Positions 48,251 to 62,310 of a DNA stretch of 64,000 nt are shown here, in pieces (position 1 is the stretch's first letter; every line of letters starts with the position of its first letter). The notes below the pieces were generated by a model. The model was not told the origin of the DNA. It saw nothing but the letters and a program-made list of their open reading frames with translations, and searched no databases. A program made the translations under genes and the position numbers. Source of the stretch: the human T2T-CHM13v2.0 reference genome, Homo sapiens; assembly GCF_009914755.1 (NCBI RefSeq), contig NC_060937.1; one strand, written 5' to 3'.

Positions 48251-51050
48251 TTGTCTAGCTTATATTTACTGTTCTGTTCCTTTGAGTACATTTATTCTAG
48301 TGAAGTCATTTCTTATATTAACATACTCATATGACACGTTAATTATTTAGGACTGTTTTATTTATGTTTGTAATTTTTATATTTTACGTTTTTAATGTTT
48401 AAGATGTGTTTTTAATAAATTTTATTTTTTAGGTATACAGCCAAACTGAGTGGAAGGTGCGGAAATTTCCCATATACTACCTGCCCCACACATACATAGT
48501 CTCCCTCATCAACATTCCCACCATAGGGGTACATTTGTTACAATCAGTAAACATACGTTGATACATCATTATCACTCAAAGTCCATAGTTTATATTAGGG
48601 TTCACTCTTGGTGTTGTACATTCTGTGTGTTTTGATAAATATATAACGGAGTATGTCTGTCATTATAGTATCATATATTTTTCACTGTGCTAAAAATACT
48701 CTGTGCTTTGCCTATTTATACCTTCCTCCCCCATCCTCTAGCAACCACCAATCTTTTTACTGTCTCCACAGTTTTGCCTTTTCCACGGTGCCATGCAGTT
48801 GAAATCATATAGTACATAGCCTTTTCAGATTGACTACTTTCACTTAGTAATATGAATTTAAGTTTCCTCATTGTCTTTTTATGGCTTGGCAACTCATTTA
48901 GTTTCAGTGTGCATTCAAATTCCATTATCTAAATTTACCAAAATTTATGTGTGCATTAACCTACTGAAGGACATCTTGGTCACTTCTAAATATTTGCAAT
49001 TATGAATAAAACTCCTATAAACATCCATATGTACTTTTTTTGTGGACATAGTTTTTAACTTCTTTGGTTACCCATAGGAACATGATTACTGAATCATGTG
49101 GTAAGAGTTATGTTTAATTTTGTAGGAAACTGCTTTCCAAAGTGTCTTTACTATTTTCTATTTCCATTGACAAGGAATGTTGCTCTATATTCTTGTCAGC
49201 ATTTGGTGTTGTCATGTTCTAAATTTTGGCCATTCTAATAGGTATGTGCTGATATCTCACTGATGTTTTCATTTGCATTTCCCTTATGCTGTATTATGTG
49301 GACTACCTTGCCATGTGCTTATCTACCATCTACACATCTTATTTGGGGAGATGTCTGTTAAGGTCTTTGGTCATGTTTTACTGAATATTTTATTTTCTTA
49401 TTATTGTTATAAATAGTTCTTTGTATATTTTGGATAAGAGTCCTTAATCAGATATGTATTTTACAAACATTTTATCTCAGTAAATCACTTGTATTTTCAT
49501 GTTCTTGACATTGTCTTCCACAGAGCAGATATTTAATTTCAGTGAAGTACAGCTTATCAATTATTTCATGAACAGCCACTTTGGTATTGTATCCAAAAAG
49601 TCACCACAAAACCCAAGGGCATCTAGATTTTCTCCTACTTTATATTTTAAAAATTTTATTTTTTGTTTACATTTAGGTCTGTGATCTACTTGGTGTTAAT
49701 TATTGTGAAAAACTGTAAGCTCTGTGCCTAGGTTCATTTATATTCATGTGTTTGTTCAGTTGTTTTAGCACCATGTATGTAAAGACTATCTTTGCTCCAT
49801 TGTGTTGCCTTTGGTCTTTTGTCAATGATCAGTTGATCAAATTGATGTGGGTCTGATTCTGGACTCTCTATTCTGGTCCATTTATATAATTGTTTATTCT
49901 TTTGGAAACGTCATCTTTTCTTGATTACTGTAGCTTTATAGTAAGTCTTAAATTTGGGTAGTATCAATCTTCCAACTTCATTCATCTCCTTCAATAATTG
50001 CTCTGGCTATTCTGGTTTTTTTTTCCTCTCTTTCTCTCTTTCTATAAACTTTAGAATCAGTTACTGATATCCTCAAAATAACTCACTGGGATTTTGATTG
50101 GAACTATGTTGAATCAATAAATCAAGTTGGAAAACACTCACAGCTTCACAATATTGAGTATTTCTATCTCAACGGAGAATACATCTACGTTTACTTAGTT
50201 CTTGTTCAATTTCTTTCATTAGAATTTTGTAATTTTCCTCATATAGATCTTGTGCCTATTTTGTTAGATTTAAAACTAAGTATTTCATATTTTGTAGTGC
50301 TAGTGTAGATGGTATTAATTTTAAGTTCCACTTGTTCATTGCAGTATATAAAAGGTGATTGACTTTCGTATACTAACCTTGTGTACTGCATTTTGGACAC
50401 TGGGACTAGTTCCAGGAGTTTTTGTTGATCTTTCTGGATTTTTCTACATAGACAATCATGTCATCTGTAAACAAAGAATATTTTATTCCTTGCTTCCCAA
50501 TCAGTATACCTCTTTATTAACATTTGTTGCCTTCTGTTACTAACTAGGACTTCCAATACGATGTTGAAAAAAATTAGTGAAGAGACATCTTTGCCTTTTA
50601 TCTTGCTAGAAAAATACTAGTTCCTCAACATTAAGTAAGATGTTGGCTGTAGGTTTTTTGTGCTTTCCTTTCCTCTAATGTCTCAGTCTCGTTTTGGTAT
50701 TTGGATGGTGCTGGCCATAGAATAAGTTAGGAAGTATTCTCTCTGCTTCTATCTTCTAAAAGAGTTTGTAGAGACATCATAAAATATCTTAAAATTGTTG
50801 AAGATTTCACTCAGGAATCCATCTGGGCCTGGCTATTTTTGTTTGGGAAGGTTATTAATTATTGATTAATTATAAAAATAGATATAGGCCTATTCAGATT
50901 GTGTATTTCTTCTTGTGTAAGTATTCACAGATTTTATCTTTTAACGAATTAGTCCATTTAACCTAGTTTATAAAATCAGTGAGCAGAGTTATTCATAGTA
51001 TTCCTTTATTATCTTTTAATGTCAATAAAAGATGTCATGATTTCTGCTCT

Positions 51051-54000
51051 TTCAGTTTTTATTTTTTAATGTTTTATTAGTTTTTAATTGTATTATTTCA
51101 ATAGTTTTGGGGGAACAGGTGGTTTTTTCTTACGTAAATAAGTTCTTTAGTGGTAATTTCTGAGATTTTGGTGCACCCATCATCCAAGAAGTGTACACTG
51201 TATCCAGCGTGTAGTCTTTTGTCCCTTACACCCATCACCCCTTCTTCTGAGTCCCCAAAGGGCATTACATTATTCTTATGCCTTTGCATTCTCATAGCTT
51301 AGCTTTCACTTATAAGTGAGAACATATAATATTTGGTTTTCCATTCTTGAGTTACTTCATATAGAATAACGTTCTCCAACTCTGTTCAGGTTGCTGTGAA
51401 AGCCATTATTCCATTCCTTTTTATGACTCAGTAGTATTCCATGGTATGTATGTACCACATTTTGTTTATCCACTCATTGGCTGATGGGCATTTAGGCTGG
51501 TTCAGGATTCTTGCAGTTGCAAGTTGTGCTGCTATAAACATGCATGTGCAAGTGTCTTATTCATATAATGACTTATTTTCCTCTGGGTAGATGCCCAGTA
51601 GTGGGGTTGTTGGATCAAATGGTAGATCCACTTTTACTTCTTTGAGGTATCTCCATACTGTTTTCCATAGTGGTTGTACTAGCTTACATTCCCACCAGCA
51701 GTGTAAAAGTGTTTCCTTTTCATCACATCCATGTCACCATTTATTATTTTTTGATTATGCCCTCTCTTGCAGGAGTAAGGTGGTATCATATTGTGGTTTT
51801 GATTTGCATTTCCCTGATAATGATATGGAGCATTTTTCATATGTTGGTTGGCCATTTCTATATCTTCTTTTTAGAATTGTCTATTCATGTACCTTGCCCA
51901 CTTTTTGGTGGGATTATTTGGTTATTTCTTGCTGATTTGTTTGAGTTCCTTGTAGATTCTGGATATTAGTCCTTTGGTAGATGCATAGTTTGTCAGTCTG
52001 TTTACTCTTCTGCTTATTTCTTTTGCTGTGTAGAAGATTTTAAGTTTAATTAGGTCCCATCTATTTATCTTTGTTTCTGTTGCATTTTTTTTCCAGGGGG
52101 GAGGTGTTCTTGGTCATAAGCTTTTTGCCTAAGCTGATGTCCAGAATAGTTTTTTCCATTGTTATCTTCCAGAATTCTCATGATTTCAGGCCTTAGATTT
52201 AAGTCTTTCATCTATCTTGAGTTAATTTTTGTATAGGGTGAGAGATGAGGATCCAGTCTCATTCTTCTACTATGGCTTGCTAGTTATCCCAGTACCATTT
52301 GTTGAATAGGGTGTCCTTTTCCCACTTTATGTTTTTGTTTGGTTTGTCAAAGATCAGTTGGCTGTAAGTATTTGGGTTTATTTCTCGGTTCTCTATTCCA
52401 TTGGTCTGTGTGCCTATTTTTATAACACTACCATGCTATTTTGGTAACTATAGCCTTGTAGTATAGTTTGAAGTCAAGTAATGTGATGCCTCCTGATTTG
52501 TTATTTTTGCTTAGTGTTGCTTTGGCTGTGCAAGGTCTTCTCTGATTCCATAAGAATTTCAGAATTATTTTTTCTAGTTCTGTGAAGAATGATGATGGTA
52601 CTTTAATGGGAATTGCATTGAATCTGTAGAATGCTTTTGGCAGTATGATCATTTTCATAATATTGATTCTACCCATTCATGATCATGGAAGGTGTTTCCA
52701 TTTGTTTGTGTCATGGATGATTTTTTTCAGCAGTATTTTTGTGTTTTTTTTCTGTATAGATCTTTCACTTCCGTGGTTAGGTATATTCCTAAGTATTTTA
52801 TTATTACTATTATTTTGCAGCTGTTGTAAAAGGGATTGAGTTCTTGATTTGTTTCTCAACTTGGTTGTTGTTGTCGTACAGCAGTGCTACTGATTTGTGT
52901 ACATTGATTTTGTATCCTGAAACTTTACTGAATTGATTTATCAGACCTAGGAGCTTTTTGGATGAATGTGTAGGATTTTCTAGGTTTACAATTATATCTT
53001 TGGCAAACAGCAACCATTTGAGTTCCTCTTTATCTATTTGGATGCCTTTAATTTCTTTCTGTTGTCTTATTGCTCTGGCTAGGACTTCCAGTACTTTGCT
53101 GAATAGAAGTGGTGAAAGTGGAGGCATCTTTGTGTTTTTCCAGTCCTCAGGAGAAATCCTTTCAATGTTTCCCTGTTCCGTATTAAGTTGGTTGTGGGTT
53201 TGTCACAGATTACTTTTATTACCTTGAGCATGTCCCTTCTATGCTGATTTGGCTGAGGGTTTTAATCATAAAAAGATGCTGGATTTTGTCAAATGCTTTT
53301 TCCATATCTATCGAGATGATCATATAGTTTTTGTATTTAATTGTTTATGTGATGTATCACATTTGACTTGCATATGTTAAACCATCCCTGCATCCCTGGT
53401 ATGAAGCCCACTTGATCATGGTGTATTATTTTTTTGATATGCTGTGGAATCCATTTAGCTAGTATTTTCTTGAGGATTTTTCATCTATGTTTATCAAAGA
53501 AATTGATCTGTAGTTTTCTTTTTACTTTATGTCCTTTCCTGGTTTTGGAGTTAGGGTGAAGCTGGGATCATAGAATGATTTAGAAAGGATTCCCTCTTTC
53601 TCTATCTTTTGGGATAGTTTCAGTAAGATTGGTACCAATTCTTCCTTAATGTCTGATAGAATTCTGCTGTAAATCCATCTGGTCCTAGAGGGTTTTTTTG
53701 TTAACATTTTTTTTTATTATTAGTACTGTTTTAAGCTTGGTACTTGTTATTAGTCTGTTCTGAGTTTCTATTTCTTCCTGATTTAATCTGGGAGGGTTGT
53801 ATATTTCTAGGAATTTATCTATCTCCTCTAGATATTCTAGTTTGTGTATGTAAAGGTGTTCATAGTAGCCTTGAATGATTTTTTATATTTCTGGTATCGA
53901 TTGTAATATATTCTGTTTCATTTTTATTTGAGCTTATCTGAATTTTCTCTTCTTGGTTAATCTCACCAATGGTCTATTGATTTTGCTTATCTTTTCAAAG

Positions 54001-57000
54001 AACCGGCTCTTTATTTAATTTATCTTTTGTGTTTTTGTTTGTTCCAGTTTCATTTACTTCTGCTTTGTTATTTCTTTTCTTCTGCTGAGTTTGGGTTTGG
54101 TTTGTTCCTGTTTCTTTAGTTCCGTAAGGTGTGACCTTAGGTAGTTTATTTGTGCTCTCTTATACTTTTTGATGTAAGCATTTAATACTATGAACTTTCC
54201 TCTTAGCACTGCTTTTGCTGCATCCCAGGGGTTTTGATAAGCTGTGTCACTATTATTTTTCAGCTCAAAGACTTTTCAAATTTTTATCTTGATTTTATTG
54301 TTGACTCAAAGATCATTCAAGAGCAGATTATTTAATTTCTATGTATTTGTATAGTTTTGAGGGTTCCTTTTGGAGTTAATTTCCAGTTTTATTTCACTGA
54401 GTTCTGAGAGAATACTTGATATAATTTCCATTTTCTTAAACGTATAGAGACTTGTTTTGTGACCTATTATATGCTCTATCTTGGTGAATGTTCCATGTGC
54501 TGAAGAAAAGAATGTATAGTCTTCAGTTGTTGGGTGGAATGTTCTATAAATATCTATGAAGTCCATTTGTTCTAAGGTATAATTTAAGTTCATTGTTTTT
54601 TGTTGACTTTTTGTCTTGATGACCTGTCTATTGCTGTCAGTGGAGTATTGAAGTCCCCACTATTATTGTGTTGCTGACTTTCTCATTTCTTAGGTCTGGT
54701 AGTAATCATTTTACAAATTCTGGGGCTCCAGTATTAGATGCATATATATTTAGGATTGTGATATATTTCTGTTGGACCAATTCTTTTCTCATTATATAAT
54801 GTCCCTCTTTGTCTTTTTTTTTCACTGTTGTTGCTTTAAAGTCTGTTTTGTCTGATATAAGAATAGCTACTCCTGCTTGCTTCTGCTGTTCATTTATGTG
54901 GAATATCTTTTTTCCACCTCTTTACATTAAGTTTATGTGAGTCCATGTGTTAGGTGAGTCTCTTGAAGACATGAGCCATCCACCAAGACACCACTTGTTT
55001 GGTGGATTTGTATCCATTCTGCCATTTTGTATTTTTTAAGTGGAGATTTTAGGCCATTTACATTCACGTTAGAATTGAGATGTGAGGTACTGTGCTATTC
55101 CTCATGTTAATTGTTGCCTTAACACCTTTGTTTTTTTCTGTTGTGTTAATGCTTTCTAAGCCCTATGAGATTTATACTTTAAAGGGGTTTTATTTTGGTG
55201 TATTTCCATGTTTTGTTTCAAGATTTAGAATTCCTTTTAGCAGTTCTTGTACAGCTGAGTTTGTAGAGGCAAATTCTCTCAACATTTGTTTGTCTGAAAG
55301 AGACTTTATCTTTTCCTCACTTATGAAACTTAATTTTGCTGGATACAAAATCCCTGGCTAACAATTATTTTGTTTCAGGAGGCTAAAGATGGGACCCCAT
55401 TCCCTTCTGGCTTGCAAGGTTTCTGCTGAGAAGTCTGCTGTTAATCTGATAGTTTTCCTTTATAGGTCATCTGATGATTTTTTCTCACAGCTGTTAAGAT
55501 TCTTTCCTTTTTTTGAATTTTGATAACCTGATGACTCTGTGCCTAGGTGATAATCTTTTTGGAATGAATTTCCCAGGTGTTCTTTGAGATTCTTGTATTT
55601 GGATGTCTAGATCTGTAGTGAGGCAGGAAAGTTTTCTTCAATTATTCCCTCAAATACGTTTTCCAAACATTTAGATTTACCTTTTTCCTCAGGAACACGA
55701 ATTGTTCTTAAGTTTAGCTGTTTAACATAATCACAAATGTCTTAGAGGCTTTGTTCATTTTTTCAATTATTTTTTCTTCATATGTATGATTAGGTTAAAC
55801 TGAGAGCCTTATCTTCAGGCTGTAAAATTCTTTATTCTGCTTGTTCTACTCTATTATTGAAATTTTCCACTGCATTTTTCTATTTCTCCAAGTGTGTCTT
55901 TCACTTCCAGCAGTTGTGATTGCTTTTTCTGTATGATATCTATTACTCTGAATAATTTTTCATCCAGATCCTGTACTTTTTAAAAATTTCTTTAAGTTGG
56001 TTTTCACCTTTCTCTAGTGCCTCCCTGAGTAGCTTAAAAATCAATTTTTGGAACTCTTTATCTGGCATGCAGAGATTTCTTCTTGGTTTGGATCCATTGC
56101 TGGGGAGTTGGTATGATCTTTTGGGCATGTTATAGAACTCTGTTTTTTCATATTACTAGAATTACTAGTTCCTTCTCATTTGGGTACAGTATTTCAGTGG
56201 AGATGTCTGAAACTCAGGGCTGCTGTTTCAGCTGCTGCTTGTCATGCTGACAAGATTCTCTTGTCCCATGGGGGTGATTCCTTGATGTCATGCTCTCAAC
56301 CTTACCCTTGGATTGGGGCCTCCTGAGAGCTGAACTGCAATGATTCTTATTGCTCTTCTTGGTCTAGCTACTTATTGGGCTCCCAAGCTCTGGGCTGGTG
56401 CTCGGGGATGTCTGCAATGAGTCTTGTGATGTGATCCATTTTCAGGTCTCTCACCCATGGATACCAACACCTACTCTGGCAGAGGTGGCAGGGAAGTGAA
56501 GTAGACTGTGAAAGTCCTTGGATATGTCTAGAGTGCTGGCTTTCATCAATTCTGGTTGTGCTAGCAATGAAGTTGTCATATGGACACACTCAGGTTCTCT
56601 GGTTAGCCACAATGCTGCAGGCAGTAGAATTAGGTGTTGACATCTCCTTCCTGGAATCAGGTTTATTCTGTCATGAGTTGCTGTAATGGCCTAAGTTGAT
56701 TTGTCTCAAGTCAGGAGGTGGCATTTTCAAAAGAGCACCAGTTACAGTAGTAGTAGGGGGATCTAAGCTTGCTCTTGCCCTAAGATGGCCAGTGTAAGTA
56801 TTTTGTTTCTCAAACAATGGGCAGGGCTGTATAGCTCTCGAGAGTTTCTATGTTTTGTGTTCAGCTACCAGGACAGATAGGAAAATACCATAAGCTTGGG
56901 GCAGTGTTCGGTGGGTCTGGGCTCAGATTCTCCTTTGGGCAGGGCCTGCTGCCACCTCTGTAGCAGATGGGGGGATGGCTTCCAGGTCAATGGGGTTATG

Positions 57001-57802
57001 TTCCAGAGAGGATCTTGGCTGCCTCTGCTGTGTCATATAGTTCAGGAAAGTGGGGGATAGTCAGTAGCAAGAGACCTCATATAGCTCCCACACAGTTGGT
57101 GAGGCCAGTCTCACCCCTGCACTCCATACTTTGGGAACTCAGTACCCCACTCAGACCTTGCCCCAGGCCATGAGCTAACCCTCTGAGGATACAAGCACTG
57201 CTATTGGACCATGTCCCTCCCTGTCTGCCCACTCTATCGGTGGCTCCTGCATGCCTGCACTCTTATCTGTAACAGCTCTCATTTGTCTCCTGACTCTGCT
57301 CAAGAAAATTTGTGCCCAGTCTGAACCACTACCAATTTCAGTTGGAAGCTTCCTTATCCTCACAACCCCTCCTCAATTCCATTAGCTGACTTCCCCAAGA
57401 GCCCCTGTGATACATAGTGAGGGATAGCTTCTCTGGGCTCAAGCTGGATTCCCCACTGCTACTTTTACTATTCAATTTTATGTGACTCCCTAAATTCATT
57501 TCATCTCTAGATAAGGTTAAATCCTTCTCCTGTGATCTGGATTTTCAGATTCTCAGTAGGGTTGTGTGTTCAGAGGCAGGTATTTTCCCTCTCATACTTT
57601 GGGAACTCAGTTTTTTTGCCTGTTTTGTGGAATCTGCAGCCGTGTGCTGCTTTTTTCAAAGGATCTGCAAATTCTTTTGGTGTTTCTGGTATGTTCCTGC
57701 AGTGGTTCTTGGAGCAAAAGATCATGGTGTGAGTCTCCACTTGCTGTTTCATCCGTCCATGTGGGAGCTGCCTGTTAGCCCTGTCTCCTATCCTCTATCA
57801 TC
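51051..57802 (-). mobile_element. Full-length L1PB-type element (about 6.75 kb), ORFs disrupted
   Basis: L1PB1-like 3' end 'tcaatagttttgggggaacaggtgg...ttctttagtggtaatttctgagattttggtgcaccc'. ORF2 fragments appear in the ORF track (52428-52676, 52810-53127, 53522-53707, 54339-54593) and an ORF1 fragment at 55943-56128. GC-richer 5'UTR of L1PBa type. TSD TCTGCTCT at 51043-51050 and 57803-57810. Confidence 0.92.
51400..55105 (-). pseudogene. Disrupted L1 ORF2 (endonuclease/reverse transcriptase) of the L1PB element
   Basis: Peptides 'LEQMDFIDIYRTFHPTTEDYTFFSSAHGTFTKIEHIIGHK' (EN), '[26 protein letters not shown]' (RT) and '[21 protein letters not shown]'. Many stops and frameshifts. The RT motif reads LFAKD. 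Confidence 0.88.
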
Positions 57803-57975
57803 TCTGCTCTAATTTATGATACTAGCAATTTGTGTCCTCTCTTTTTCTTAATTAGCCTAGAGGCTTATCAGGTTTTTTGGTCTTTCCAAATAAACTGCTT
57901 TTCATTGATTTCTAAGCTCTTTTTTTATTATTATTATTTTTTTCTGCTTACTTTGGATTTAATTGCACTTCTTTC

Positions 57976-57979
<4 letters not shown>

Positions 57980-58013
<34 letters not shown>

Positions 58014-58321
58014 TTGTTGTTGTTGTTGTTGTTGTTGTTGAGACGGAGTCTCGCCTGTGGCCCAGGCTGAAGTGCAGTGGCACGATCTCGGCTCACGGCA
58101 AGCTCCGCCTCCCCGGGTTCACGCCATTCTCCCGCCTCAGACTCCCAAGTAGCTGGGACTACAGGCGCCCGCCACCACACCTGGTTAATTTTTTTGTATT
58201 TTTAATAGAGGCAGGGTTTCACCGTGTTAACCAGGATGGTCTCGATCTCCTGACCTCATGATCCACCTGCCTCGGCCTCCCAAAGTGCTGGGATCACAGG
58301 CATGAGCCACCGCGCCTGGCC
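57980..58321 (-). mobile_element. AluY-like element with a compound poly-T/(TTG)n tail
   Basis: AluY-type 'gcaagctccgcctcc', 'ttcacgccattctcc' and 'ccaggatggtctcgatctcc'. Many CpGs are retained. Confidence 0.93.
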
Positions 58322-61300
58322 CCTAGTTTTTTTTTTAAGGTGGAAAATTAGATGATTGATTTTAAGTTGTTCTTTTTTTTCTATTATATATTCTCAATGC
58401 CAGAATTTTCCTGTAAGCACTGCTTTCACTGCATCCTGCAAATTTTGATAAGTAGTGTTTTCATTTCCATTTAGTTCAAAATATTTTTACTTCTTTTGAG
58501 ATTTCTTCTTTGATGTATATGGTTAATTTCTATATATTTTGGGATTTTCCATTTGTCTTTCTGTTGTTGCTTTCTAGTTTAATTCTATTGTGTTATGTGA
58601 GCAGACATTGTATAATTTTAATTTTTTTGTTTAGGTATATGTTAGGGCCCATAATGTGGCCTATATGGTAAATTTTCTATATGAGCTTGAAAAGAATACA
58701 TAATTTGCTGTGGTTTGATAAAATAGTCTGTAGATGTCAATTATATCCAACTGATTGATGATGTCTTGAGTTGGACCACGTTCTTAGTAATTTTCTGCCT
58801 ACTGGATCCATCCATTTTTGAGAGAGGTGTTGAAGTCTCCATGTATACTACTGGGTTAATCTATATCTCCCTGCAACTCTGTCAGTTTTTGCTTTACATA
58901 TTATGATTCTCTGTAGTTGGGTGTGGCTTTGTCCTCTTTGATAATTGACTTATCATTATTTGGTGACTTTATCTCTCATAACTTTTCTTATTCTGATGTC
59001 TTCTTGTCTGAAATTAATATAATTATGTTCACTTTCTTTTGATTAGTGTTATCATGGTATATTTTTCCCTATACCCTTATTTTTTATTTATATGTCTTTA
59101 AGTGGGTTTTCTGTTGACAAAATACAGTTTTCTTATAATTATAGATTCTGGTAATCACTGTTTTTAATTGGTGTATTTTGGCCATGACATTTGAGGTGAT
59201 TGTTGTTTAATATCCAATATATTTGTAAATTATTTTCTATTTGTTGCACTTATTTCTTGTTTCATTTTTTCTCCACAATTTTTCTTTTTTTTATTTCAAT
59301 TGAGCATTTTAAATGACAAAATTTTCTCTTTTCTTAGGATATCAATTATATACCTAGAAAAATAGAATTTGTCTTAGAGTTTGCAATGTACATTTACAAC
59401 GAATCCTAGCCCACTTTCCAAAAAAAAAAAAAAAAAATACGAGTTTACAGGTACTGTGAGCACTTTATGATAAGAAAATAATCCTAATTTTTTCACCCCA
59501 ACCCTGTATCATTGCTGTCATTCACTTCTCATATATGCACATATACATGCACACACACATACACACACATCTGTGATTGAATACATTTTTGCTTTTATTA
59601 TTTTGAACAAACTGTTATCCATTAGGTAAATCAGGATAAAAATAATGATAATTATTAACCCTAATAGTCAATTAACAATAAGAAAAATAATCTTTCTTTA
59701 TATAGATCAAAATTTCTGACTCTATATCATTTTTCTTTTCTCTAAGAAACTTCTAACATTTATTTCAAGGATGGGCGACTGGAAAAAAAATTCCTCAATT
59801 TTTATTTGTATAAGAAAGACATCATTTCTATTTCATTTTTGAAAAACAATTTCTCAGAGTAACACATTATATGTCGGTGGATTTTTCTCTCAAATTTTGA
59901 ACATATCACTTCACTCTCTTCTTGCTCACGTGGTTTCTGAGGAGAAATCAAATATAAGAACTCCTATCTTTGCTCTCCTATAGATAAGGGGTTTGTTTTT
60001 GTTTATGTCCTCTAGTATATTTCAGGGTTTTTTCTTTATCTTTGATTTTAAGGAGTTTGATATGCCTAGGTATTTTTTTGTTGTTGTTGTTGTTAGTTTG
60101 GCATTTATCCTGCTTGGTAGTCTCTGAGCTTCATAGACCTGTAGTTTGACATCTGTCATTAATTCAGGGGACTTCTTGATTATTATTTATTCAAATATTT
60201 CTTCTGTTTATTTTCTCGTTTCTTCTCTTTTCGGTATTTCCATTTTGCATATGTACACCTTTTGTTGTTGTCCCACAGTTCTTAATTTTTCTTTTATAAT
60301 TTTTTTCAGCCTTTGTTCCTTTTGCTTTCAGTTTTGGAGTCTTTTCTTTAATTAAGATATCCTCAAGTTCAGAGATTCTTTCTTCAGCCATGTGTAGTCT
60401 ACTAATAAACTCATCAAAGGTATTCTTTATTTCTATTACAGTATTTTCAATCTCTGACATTTTTTAAAATTTTGTCTTAACATTTCCATCTGTCTACTTA
60501 TACTGCCTATGTGTTTTTTTCATGTTCTCTACTTTATCCAGTAGAGCCCTCAGGATATTAATCATAATTGTTTTAATTTCTAGTCTGATATGTCCAACAT
60601 CCCTGCATATCTGAGTTGGGACCTGATGCTTAGTTTTCCTCTTCAAACTGTATATTTTGTCTTTTAGTATGCCTCATAATTGTTTCTTGATACTAGGAAA
60701 TGATAGTAAGTACAAAGAATTAGAATAAATAGGCTTTTAGTAATGTGGTGTTAAAGCGTGGGATGTGAGGACGTGTTCTTTAGCACAATGATTAGGTCTT
60801 CATCTGTTAGTAAACCTGTCCCTTTGGTCAGTGAACTTCATAAGCACTTCTCAGCTCCACTCTGCCCTTGGTTGGGACAGGATTTCTAGATTGGTTTGGA
60901 GTTGGGTATTCCTCTATTCCCAGTATTGTTAGGCTCTGAAAATTTTCTTATGGTTTAGGTTCTGGTAAAGTAGTTTTTCTTCAGGGTAGACTTTGTTAAG
61001 AAGAGCAGAATGCTGTGTCTTATTTCAAAATAGTTACTTTCCCCCTGCCTCTGTCACAAGCTTCAGGCTATTTTTCTCTGATATTCACTGTTGAGAATGC
61101 AGTCAAGCTTCTAGAGGTAAAACTCACAAAAGCATGAGGACATCCCTATGACTAGGTTTCCCTGGAGTTTAACTCTCAGACTTGTTTACACTGAGTTTCT
61201 AGCAATGTATGGATTCAAGTTAGGTCTTCCTACCCTGGCACTGGTTCCCATGAAGGTATTTGTAAGTGGGTTTCTGCTGTGATAAATTGTGATTTGTGTA

Positions 61301-62310
61301 TTTGCTCTTCTGTGTCTCCAAATTACGGGGGCAGTAGTTTGCTCTGTGGCCTCACTTCTCTGACAGATATAAGAAGGGGTAGTAGATTTTTTAGTTTCTT
61401 CATATTTTCACTAGTTAAGATAGAGTGGAGAATTCTAGTCTCCTTTCATGCTATACCAGAAACCAGAAATCATTAGGACTTTATCTTTGCTTGAAAATCT
61501 TTGTCTTTAATTTTTATTTTATTGTACATAATTTTTAAAATTTTTCTTTCAAATTCTATCAGTTTTTTAATTCAATATTTATTTTCATGCTTAGAAATAT
61601 ATTTGGAGCCCAAGTTATAAAATAATTAGCTGAAATTTCTTCTACTTGTATTCGATTTAGTATCTTATGTCTATATTTTCTGTCTAAAATTTATTTTGGT
61701 TAAAAGTGATTAACCACTTCTCCGAACACCAATCATTGTCAATTCTGTCTCTTCTCCCCATTTCAAGATGCTGTCTTTCCTTTAATATAAAATCATAATG
61801 TATAATTGTGTCTAGAATTTGTATTAAGATTGGGTGATATTTATATCTCTCAATCTTATACTCAAAAGTATGATAATTTCTATAGATTTATAATATATTT
61901 TAACACCTTTTATGAAATTCCTAGCTTCATTACTCTATATTGGCTAATGTGTTTTTTTCACCGAATTTGTGTTTTTATTTTCTGAGAACTCTCTCTTTGA
62001 CAAAATTTATTGTAGAATGCCACCAAAGTTTTTTTTTTAATATTTTACTAAACATCACTATTTTCAGTAAACTTTTATGATTTTATCTCTATATGGCTTG
62101 TGCTCTTAATTTTTATTCCACATCTATTTTTGTGTTCTGGTGTAAGTGTTAAAGGGATTATACTGCTGTTTTTTTTTTTTTACATTTTCTAATTTCTTAT
62201 TATTGCAATGTAAGAAAGCTTTTGCATGTTTGCCAATTTTTATTATATTTTGAGTTTTTTATCTGAAATCAGTTCACTTGAAATAATTCAACTATTTTAT
62301 AATATTTATG

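Larger units (their letters stand above)
48410..61470 (-). mobile_element. Near full-length L1MC-type element, host of the L1PB and the AluY
   Basis: L1MC 3' end 'gccaaactgagtggaaggtgcggaaatttcccatatac'. ORF2 runs to 51050 and resumes in register at 57803 ('atttatgatactagcaatttgtgtcctctc'), then continues through the ORF1 region and 5' sequence. Confidence 0.8.
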
